NCBI GenBank assembly: GCA_041601615.1
Contig: JBFIHX010000022.1
Coordinates: 1-14,974, forward strand
From: Thermoplasmatota archaeon
GTDB taxonomy: Archaea > Thermoplasmatota > E2 > JACPAO01 > JAHFTW01
Length of the DNA: 14,974 bases
Direction: 5' to 3'
Part shown: one piece after another, positions 1 through 6,744 of the stretch
How positions within the stretch are numbered: the stretch's first letter is position 1
Layout of the letters: every line of letters begins with the position of its first letter
The notes under the pieces: generated by a model
Told to the model about the DNA's origin: nothing
Seen by the model: only the letters and a program-made list of their open reading frames with translations
The model's database searches: none
Position numbers and translations under genes: made by a program

Positions 1-1
1 C

Positions 2-382
2 GGCACCGCTGTCAAGGCTTTCGCCGGTGGCGCTGGTATCGCTTTCTTCGATGCCAACATCAACGGTCTGCTCGACACCGGTGACAGCGTGTACCTCGCT
101 TCCGGCGCTACCGGCGCTGGTGCCCTGTTCCCTCTGTACAGCGTCCGCGTGAGCGGCCCGCTCGCCGCAGTCGGCACCCCCACCACGCCCCCGACCACCC
201 CGGAGACGCCCCCGACCACCCCGGAGACGCCCCCGACCACCCCGGAGACGCCCCCGACCACCCCGGAGACGCCCGAGACCCCCGAGACCCCTGAGGACAA
301 CACCTCCACGCCCGGCTTCGAGCTGGTCGCGCTGGTTGCCGCCCTCGGTGCCGCTCTCGTCCTCGTGCGCCGCCGCAACTAA
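2..382 (+). CDS. 3' part of a PGF-CTERM (archaeosortase A substrate) cell-surface protein; 5' end lies outside the window
   Basis: The frame is open from position 2: GTAVKAFAGGAGIAFFDANINGLLDTGDSVYL...YSVRVSG, a Thr/Pro/Glu linker, then TPGFELVALVAALGAALVLVRRRN-stop. This is the PGF motif, a TM helix and an Arg cluster. The GTG at 89 is an internal codon. Confidence 0.93.
   Translation, partial: GTAVKAFAGGAGIAFFDANINGLLDTGDSVYLASGATGAGALFPLYSVRVSGPLAAVGTPTTPPTTPETPPTTPETPPTTPETPPTTPETPETPETPEDNTSTPGFELVALVAALGAALVLVRRRN
185..295 (+). repeat. Coding tandem repeat: 4 perfect 21-bp units (TPPTTPE) followed by 3 TPE units
   Basis: ACGCCCCCGACCACCCCGGAG at 185, 206, 227 and 248, then acgcccgag / acccccgag / acccctgag at 269-295. 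Confidence 0.97.
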
Positions 383-440
383 GATGCTTAGCCCGATAGG
401 GCAGAGCATTGCATCGTCGGCCCGCAAGGGCTGAGGATGT
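383..440 (+). other. Two tandem stem-loops in the 3' UTR
   Basis: Hairpin 1: ATGCT(384-388)/AGCAT(405-409) enclosing GCCC-GATA-GGGC. Hairpin 2: GCATC(411-415)/GATGT(436-440) enclosing TCGGCCC-GCAA-GGGCTGA (GNRA tetraloop). Confidence 0.6.
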
Positions 441-454
441 GGTGGTAGCAACTT

Positions 455-517
455 GGGGCTTCGGCCCCTTCCTTCTCCCTCCTTCTCCTTCCTTTCTCTT
501 TTGCTCGCTTCGTTTTT
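455..517 (+). terminator. Putative terminator: cUUCGg hairpin plus long pyrimidine tract
   Basis: GGGGC-TTCG-GCCCC (455-468) is followed by a pure C/T run (469-502) ending in TTTT, then a further T run near 513-517. Confidence 0.7.
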
Positions 518-565
518 GAGAATCTCAGTGCCTTAGCGCACGCGCCCGTTTTCGTCGATATTGGC

Positions 566-573
566 TTAAATAA
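566..573 (+). promoter_or_regulatory. Archaeal TATA box for a probably leaderless transcript of 595..3690
   Basis: TTAAATAA in GC-rich context, centred about 26 nt before the ATG at 595; no Shine-Dalgarno sequence. Confidence 0.65.
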
Positions 574-594
574 GGGTAAGGGATTTTCCCCTCG

Positions 595-3500
595 ATGACT
601 CCTCGATACCTGCCCCTGGCGCTGGGCATGGTCCTCCTCTTGGGCATGCTGCCTACCCCTGCTTCGTCGGTCTCTTTTGGATCGTACGGAACTTTCGTGG
701 ACGCGGTCACCGCCAACGATTTCGTGCCGTCTCTCGTAACTCCGGGTGGAGTTGACTTCTGCGTTGGTTATGTCGACGATGATTCGCTCGATATCTCGAA
801 GCGCGCATGGTTCTTCCACATTGCAACGGACGGAAGCTGTGCCGGCGAGCTGGTCTCCACCGACCGGTCCTACCGCATCACAATCTTCGGCGGCTCTACC
901 AGTGCGGCTTGGATCAAATCCACGGACACCGCGTACTTGTCCAAGACATTCACCAAGGTTGCTTCCATCGGCCCGGCCTCTACTTGGTTGTGCTTCCTTG
1001 AATCGGACGGCATTCCTGGCCACACAGGCGGCGACCCAGTCTACGTGGATCGTGAGGTGTTCGACGGTGGCGGTGGCCCCGCGACTCTTTCCATCAACGA
1101 CCTTCGAATGGTGGGTGCCACGACAACGACGGGCTCGCCGTTCAGCCTCACACCCGCCATCATCAAGTCCTCGGATACGGACTTCACGCGAGCGGTGGAC
1201 GCTTCGGACGACGTGACCAAGGCGCCGGTCACCGATACGCTCTCGTGCGGCGGCTTCACCGTTCGGGTATTGGACCTTGCATCGAAAGGGGTCTTCAATT
1301 CCCAGGATGGATACTACCTGACGAGTGCCACTAGCCTTTCCACCACCTACACAGCGCAAGGTATGCCGCGCATTGTCGCGGGCACATTCGTCACCGCCGG
1401 CACCATGGTTGCCAACGGCAACACCGATCACGAGGATATTGTGGAGCGCCTTGCCAGCACGGCGAGCGCCGTCAACACCAACGGTCGCTGCGGCGCCACA
1501 AGCTGTGCCATTTCCCTCGTGCGCACCACGACGCAGCCGGACACCATTGCCAAGTCGCTGTACTTGCACATCGCGGACCCGGACGGCACCGACGACCATG
1601 TGCTGTATGGTGACCAAATCATCAAGCGCGGCACAACCGCCAGCGCGGGATCTGCCGGCACACGCGCCACAGCACCCTCCACGGGCGTCGGCGAGACCAT
1701 CGACTCGGGCATTCAGTACGCAATCGAGGACATGATGTTCTTCGTGGACCTTGACGCCGACGGCTTTGCCGACGACGAAGAGCCGGTCTACATGAAACAC
1801 CCGGACAACGCCGACGCAAACTTGCAAGGCGGCGACTGCACGCCGACGGCGGCCACGGATCAGCGCTGCATCCAAGTCAACGACATCCGTATTCACGTCT
1901 CCGGCAAAACTGCTGGGAGCCTCGTGGCTGCCAGTGACTCCGATTACACGGCGTACCGAACCTCGGGTCTGGGCCATGCAGGGTTCCACATCAAGGTGTT
2001 CTCCGACAAGCACGATACCCGCATGGCGTTGCAGACCGTGGCGAGCGCAAAGTTCGTCGACGACGACAACGACAATGTCTGGGATCCTGCGACCGAAGAC
2101 GTCTACATCACTGCCAGCACTACGGTTGCAAACGGCAACCGGCGCGTCTGGGCCAGTGGTGCCGCGGTGGATACGCTCGCAGTGTGCCCTGGCGACACGG
2201 ACTGTGGTGTAACCTTCGACACGACTTCCCTCCTGCGCACCACCGGCCCCGACACTTCCTGGGAGCCGGCGTTGAGCGAACAACTGATCTGGAGCGAGGA
2301 CACGGTGCTTGGACAAGGCGACTACCGCCTGCAAGCGGCAGGAACGCTTGCGGCAGGCCTCGTGGGGGCTGCTGACGCGGCGCTGACGCAGGGCTTGTTC
2401 AATCCAACGAGCGGCATCACGATCTACGCTAGCCGAGACACGGGGTGCCCAGGCAGTTGCTTCCCCTTCCCACAAGTGGGCGACATCAAGCTCAACACGG
2501 GCTTTGGCTCGCGCCTCACAGCATCGTCTACAGAGGTTGTCCCCCGCGTCAGCGTCTTGGATCCCTCGGTCGTGCGGGCGGACCTCGGTGAGGCTTCGAA
2601 CCTCATGGACGATGTCTACTACTTGGACTTCAGCGGGACCTTCCAGTCGGGTCAAGTGCTTCGCTTGACGCCGTACACAAACAAGGCTGCGGGTACCTTC
2701 GTGCAGTCCGGGGATACCATTGAGCAGGGAGCGACGCGCTCCGTGCACGCCACCACGGCAGGCCAGTTTGGCTTCATCGAGGCCGGCACGAATACGGGAT
2801 TCAACGTCGACGACTTCGTGTACCTCAATCTTGCTGGCTCGGACGACCCCACGGATCTTGGCGGATCGACGGGCAAGACCTTGACGGCTTGGGATGCACG
2901 CATCACGAAGTACTCGCAGGGATCCTTCAACCACGCAAGTGGTACTCGAGTGCTTGCCGGCAATGGTGACATCCAAGCCTATGGTGGAACTGCGTTTGCA
3001 AGCACCGACTTCAAGGTCCTCTGGTGGGACGCCGACTTGAACGGCATCGTTGGCAGCGAGGACAACATTTGGCTGCATCAGGGCACGGACACGCCCGTGG
3101 TCCCTGGCTACCTTGACATCCGAATCTCTGGTGCCGGTGGCAGTGTTGGCACGGGTGGTGGCGGAACGCCCCCTCCCCCGCCACCACCTGCGTCTCCGCC
3201 CCAGACGCCTCCGTCGCCTCCGGTTTCGCCGCCGGAAGAGCCTCCGAGTTTGCCTCCGTCTGCGCCGCCGATTGCGGAATCTACGGTGGAGGGTGCCAAC
3301 AAGGAGCTTGCGGGTTCGCTGAAGGTGACGCGCCGTGATGGTGCCAACCAACTCGCGTGGACGGATGTGGAAGGCGAAGCTGGCTACCAGGTCTGGAAAT
3401 CGGACTCGCCCTTCGAGCTGCTGTTGGACTTGCCTGCTGATTCGTCTTCGTTCACGGATTCGGAGGGCAAGACTGGCACGCAGTATATCGTGACGGCGTA

Positions 3501-3690
3501 CTATGAGAACTCGAACGGTGTTCGCACCGGCTACTCGACGACGGTGGATGCGGATGGTTTGCCGGATGTTCCGGGCAAGGCGGATCTTGCGTCGGCCATG
3601 GCCAAGAAGGAGACTCCGGGTCTTCCGATCGTGGCAATCATGGTGGCCCTTGGTGGCTTGGCCGTGGTTGCGCGCCGACGACGAGACTAG
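595..3690 (+). CDS. Large cell-surface (S-layer/adhesin-like) protein with Sec signal peptide, Asp-rich DxDxDG-type repeats, poly-Pro linker, FN3-like domain and PGF-CTERM-like (PGL) anchor
   Basis: Signal peptide MTPRYLPLALGMVLLLGMLPTPASS. Repeats such as FVDLDADG...EPVY...NDIRI and WDADLNG...DNIW...DIRIS. Pro-rich stretch at about 3165-3270. LAWTDVEGEAGYQVW...FTD...QYIVTAY is an FN3-like pattern. C-terminus ETPGLPIVAIMVALGGLAVVARRRRD. Confidence 0.9.
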   Translation: MTPRYLPLALGMVLLLGMLPTPASSVSFGSYGTFVDAVTANDFVPSLVTPGGVDFCVGYVDDDSLDISKRAWFFHIATDGSCAGELVSTDRSYRITIFGGSTSAAWIKSTDTAYLSKTFTKVASIGPASTWLCFLESDGIPGHTGGDPVYVDREVFDGGGGPATLSINDLRMVGATTTTGSPFSLTPAIIKSSDTDFTRAVDASDDVTKAPVTDTLSCGGFTVRVLDLASKGVFNSQDGYYLTSATSLSTTYTAQGMPRIVAGTFVTAGTMVANGNTDHEDIVERLASTASAVNTNGRCGATSCAISLVRTTTQPDTIAKSLYLHIADPDGTDDHVLYGDQIIKRGTTASAGSAGTRATAPSTGVGETIDSGIQYAIEDMMFFVDLDADGFADDEEPVYMKHPDNADANLQGGDCTPTAATDQRCIQVNDIRIHVSGKTAGSLVAASDSDYTAYRTSGLGHAGFHIKVFSDKHDTRMALQTVASAKFVDDDNDNVWDPATEDVYITASTTVANGNRRVWASGAAVDTLAVCPGDTDCGVTFDTTSLLRTTGPDTSWEPALSEQLIWSEDTVLGQGDYRLQAAGTLAAGLVGAADAALTQGLFNPTSGITIYASRDTGCPGSCFPFPQVGDIKLNTGFGSRLTASSTEVVPRVSVLDPSVVRADLGEASNLMDDVYYLDFSGTFQSGQVLRLTPYTNKAAGTFVQSGDTIEQGATRSVHATTAGQFGFIEAGTNTGFNVDDFVYLNLAGSDDPTDLGGSTGKTLTAWDARITKYSQGSFNHASGTRVLAGNGDIQAYGGTAFASTDFKVLWWDADLNGIVGSEDNIWLHQGTDTPVVPGYLDIRISGAGGSVGTGGGGTPPPPPPPASPPQTPPSPPVSPPEEPPSLPPSAPPIAESTVEGANKELAGSLKVTRRDGANQLAWTDVEGEAGYQVWKSDSPFELLLDLPADSSSFTDSEGKTGTQYIVTAYYENSNGVRTGYSTTVDADGLPDVPGKADLASAMAKKETPGLPIVAIMVALGGLAVVARRRRD

Positions 3691-3763
3691 TTCGGTTCGG
3701 ACGGTTTCTCGTCTTCGCTCTTTTCCTTTTCCTCATCCTCTTTCCACCTCTTTCCTTGTTCCC
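3676..3763 (+). terminator. Putative terminator: hairpin over the stop codon plus pyrimidine tract
   Basis: GACGAGA(3680-3686)/TCTCGTC(3707-3713), extendable to 3676/3717, followed by an almost pure C/T tract at 3718-3763. Confidence 0.6.
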
Positions 3764-4020
3764 GATAGCCGCTTCGGGTGCCGCCTGGTTGCGTCCATGG
3801 CTTGATTCATCGGAAGGGCGTGCTCCAGCCAACGACTGCGCCCACGGCCGCTGAACGTCCATGGACGCCACTGGCGTGCGCCCTTCGATGGTTCGGCCTT
3901 GCTGGGTCTAGATGAGTCCGCACGTCGCCGTCGCCCTCGCTGCTGGTTTGGACGCCAGAGCATTGCAGGTCGCTGCTCCGGGCGCCGACGCTACCGCCGC
4001 CTCGATTCCTTTGGTATGGG

Positions 4021-5967
4021 CTAGGGTAGAATGCGCGGAATCCACCACATGCGCACAGATTCTAGGCTGGGCAGCAAGAACGACATTCCTTCGGCACCGG
4101 AGCCAAACGGCCACGGGGGCAGGCTGCGGTGAACACCAATCATCATCAAAAACAGCCAGAGGGCGCTGGACGCAAGCCCGAGTCCCATGGCGATAGCGTA
4201 GGCGCGGTCCGTTCGCGGCGTTCCAAAGCGACGGGCTATGGCCGGTACAGCGTCGATGGCCAGAAGTGTCGCCCAGGATACGGTGCCGGTGATCCAGGCA
4301 AAGTTCAACACTTGGCGCAGTTCGTCGTGGGCGATGATGGAGATTCCAGCCGCCGCAAGCATGAGCAAAATGAGCATGGAACCGGCAAAGCCGATGAAGG
4401 CGGACCGGGCAAGCAGCCGGACATGCGTAGCGTGGAAGGAATCTAGCCGGGGGGCAGCCACCACGGCGCCAAGGAACAGGAATCCAGGCAGGGCGGTGGC
4501 AAAGAATCGGTTGTCTTGGCCGTCGCCTTGGGTGTGCGCCGCGTGCACGAACACTGCCACAAACAGCAACGAAGCAAGGGCTGCCACCGCCACGGATCGT
4601 GGCCAATTGCGTCGCAAGCGGACTGGCACGAGAAGCGCAAGGGCGGCCAGTGGGCTCAGTGCCCAAATGGAGAGCGGGCCGCCGGCAAGCAAGCGAGCGT
4701 CGACGAAGACTCGCCACAAGTTCGTCCAGGAGCGGCCCGGGTTTTCGTAGCGCACGCGATCTTGTAGCCAAGACCAGAGCCCTCCGGCGGTGCCGTCCCA
4801 GGATGCCGCCATGGGTCCGAGCCAAGTTCCGGACGTGGTGCGGTTGAAGAGCATGAATACCGCCGCGCCTCCAAGAAGCAACAGGCCGGGGACGGCGAAT
4901 CGCGCTGGGTGTTCGGAGATTGGGTCCGCCCGTTTTGCGTCGTCAGCTTCGTCGGTTTCGTCAGCTTGGTTCTCCGGGTCCGTTTGGTTCGCAGGGGCGA
5001 GGGAGAAGTGGGCCATGAGGGCTGTGGTTGTGCGTAGCGCCTCGATGCCGGCGAGTGCAAGAAACAGCGGGGCGCCAAGGGGTGTCAATGCAGTGCCGAG
5101 GGCGGCGAACACAAATGCCAGGGGCTTGCCGACGCGACCGGGTTTGCCGTAGGCCCACAGGGTTGCTATGGTCAGCACCATGCTCGCGGCGTGGTACTTG
5201 ATGCCGGTGCCCCAGAACGTGAACGGGCCTAGCAGCAGGAAAGCGCTGGCAAGCCATGTTGCTCGCAGCGAGCCGGTTTCGCGTTGCACGAGGCGGAAAA
5301 ACAGGACAAATCCGACGGCCGACAGCAGCGTATGAGTGGCCTGTACAGCAAAAACTTCCCCCCAGAGTCCAAAGTCGATGCTTGGCAACTGAATCCATTG
5401 GGTGAACGTCCACAGCGCCAGTGCTGCGACCAAGACCCAATGGCCCGTGCTCATGGAGCGAAATTGGTGGGCGGCACGGCCCCAGAGGGTTGGTGCTTCG
5501 TCCTTGCTGGTGCTGGTGTCTGGCCTCGACCAGGACCATGTTCTGCCCGTGCGCTGATGGTAGAGCCTTGCCCAGCCGCGCGTGGTCGTGCCGTATGCGG
5601 CGGCGGTCCAACCAAGCAAGAGAATGGTAGCCGGAGAGGCGACATGGGAAAGCGTCAAGAACACGCCGTAAGCGGGCACGGCAAGCAGGCTCACGAAGAC
5701 GTTGTGGGATGTGGTGCTGTTCCATCCGGGCAGCATGACGCCTTCTTGGACCGCATAGAAATGAGGCGAGCGCTCCTCAATCTCCAAAGACCCGTGGAGG
5801 ACATTCTGTACGCCTTGCAACTGGGCGCCCTCATCCGTAAGGTACACACCAAACGACATGGAACCAAGCAATAACATCAATGCCAACGAAAAGAGGCTCA
5901 AAGTACGAGGCCAGGCGACTGGTTGGTCTGTGCGGCTCTCGCTGCGTCTGCGTCGTGCCATGAACAT
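4021..5967 (-). CDS. Polytopic membrane protein, probable GT-C-fold glycosyltransferase (ArnT/PMT-like)
   Basis: More than 10 hydrophobic segments. Acidic DE motif right after TM1 (FGVYLTDEGAQ). ArnT-like segment FFRLVQRETGSLRATWLASAFLLLGP. Late NRFFATALPG resembles the RY-x-x-P motif. The start could be 5967 or 5961. Confidence 0.62.
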   Translation of the reverse strand: MFMARRRRSESRTDQPVAWPRTLSLFSLALMLLLGSMSFGVYLTDEGAQLQGVQNVLHGSLEIEERSPHFYAVQEGVMLPGWNSTTSHNVFVSLLAVPAYGVFLTLSHVASPATILLLGWTAAAYGTTTRGWARLYHQRTGRTWSWSRPDTSTSKDEAPTLWGRAAHQFRSMSTGHWVLVAALALWTFTQWIQLPSIDFGLWGEVFAVQATHTLLSAVGFVLFFRLVQRETGSLRATWLASAFLLLGPFTFWGTGIKYHAASMVLTIATLWAYGKPGRVGKPLAFVFAALGTALTPLGAPLFLALAGIEALRTTTALMAHFSLAPANQTDPENQADETDEADDAKRADPISEHPARFAVPGLLLLGGAAVFMLFNRTTSGTWLGPMAASWDGTAGGLWSWLQDRVRYENPGRSWTNLWRVFVDARLLAGGPLSIWALSPLAALALLVPVRLRRNWPRSVAVAALASLLFVAVFVHAAHTQGDGQDNRFFATALPGFLFLGAVVAAPRLDSFHATHVRLLARSAFIGFAGSMLILLMLAAAGISIIAHDELRQVLNFAWITGTVSWATLLAIDAVPAIARRFGTPRTDRAYAIAMGLGLASSALWLFLMMIGVHRSLPPWPFGSGAEGMSFLLPSLESVRMWWIPRILP

Positions 5968-6077
5968 CCCGGGACTGCGGAAGCGGACGGCGCGGATTGC
6001 TCCACTCGTCTGCCCCGCGTTGTGCCGAAAGGAGGTTCGGGCCCCTTGAAGGACTCGGTTTTCGTGCCCCGGGGACC

Positions 6078-6084
6078 TTTTATC
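6078..6084 (+). promoter_or_regulatory. TATA-like box upstream of the 4-TM gene
   Basis: TTTTATC about 31-37 nt before the ATG at 6115; a similar TTTATC precedes tatA. Confidence 0.4.
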
Positions 6085-6114
6085 ATCTCCTTTGGTGGTT
6101 TTCCTGCTGCGCCT

Positions 6115-6681
6115 ATGTCGACCGACCCCCGCCGACGCACCCGGAACCTACTCGTGTCCATGGGTTCGATCCTGTTGTTCTACGGCATCGGCGGCATCGT
6201 CTACGCGGAAGGTTTGCGCAGCGACAACACGCCGTGCGACGATCGGGGACTCGCACTCATCAGCGGCAACTGTCTGCAAGTGTGGTTGATCCTGATGCCG
6301 TTCGTTGTGGCAGGCGTCGCTCTGATTCTTGGCGGATTGCTTGGTGCCCGCGCCGTGCGCCACCGCCCCAGCGACGAACTGCGCCTCTCCAGTGGCGTGC
6401 ACGCCGCGGCCTGGATCCTCACAAGCCTCGTGGCGGTGACGGTCCTGGTGCTTGCCATCCAAGCGTACCGACAGCGCCTCCTTGGAACCACCTTCGTCAT
6501 CGACCTCGTGGATGTGCCGTTCAAGCAAACGTTCCTGCTCGGATTCATCCTTCTGGCGGCCCTTCTGGCTTGGGTGCCCTACATGTCCCTGTTGGTAATT
6601 CGCTCTGTACAATGGCGCATCTTCCTGGCCGGATATGAGGCCCAGCAAGCCAAGGACGCCCCGGATTCCGCCCATTCGTAG
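6115..6681 (+). CDS. Hypothetical 4-TM membrane protein (188 aa), paralogue of the N-terminal domain of 9798..11180
   Basis: Start re-called from 5923 to the ATG at 6115 (MSTDPRRRTRN). This avoids overlap with the divergent gene and puts RN at residues 10-11, exactly as in the paralogue. Four hydrophobic segments and a Cx11C loop. Confidence 0.85.
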   Translation: MSTDPRRRTRNLLVSMGSILLFYGIGGIVYAEGLRSDNTPCDDRGLALISGNCLQVWLILMPFVVAGVALILGGLLGARAVRHRPSDELRLSSGVHAAAWILTSLVAVTVLVLAIQAYRQRLLGTTFVIDLVDVPFKQTFLLGFILLAALLAWVPYMSLLVIRSVQWRIFLAGYEAQQAKDAPDSAHS

Positions 6682-6744
6682 GTCTACATCGAACTGCCCA
6701 AGCCAAGCAAAGAGCGGATAAGGCCCGGCGCCCATCGAAGGCAC

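Noticed and set aside
185-268. Short direct repeats as a possible CRISPR array
   Set aside because: The units are head-to-tail with no spacers, are in-frame coding sequence, and no cas genes are present.
383-468. tRNA or other known RNA gene
   Set aside because: No enclosing acceptor stem, no TTCRA T-loop in the correct context and no recognisable rRNA, SRP or RNase P motifs; kept only as an unassigned structured element.
388-3351. 987-aa ORF on the minus strand
   Set aside because: It is the in-register antisense shadow of 595..3690 and stays open because the sense gene avoids TTA/CTA/TCA codons. The product is Arg/Val-rich with no motifs.
3638-4196. Small ORFs in or near the convergent intergenic gap (3638-3871, 3733-3963, 3912-4196)
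   Set aside because: They overlap real genes or the terminator tract, and show no motifs or consistent codon bias.
5923-6114. N-terminal extension of the 4-TM ORF in the ORF track
   Set aside because: It overlaps the divergent gene start and promoter region; the paralogue alignment supports the ATG at 6115.
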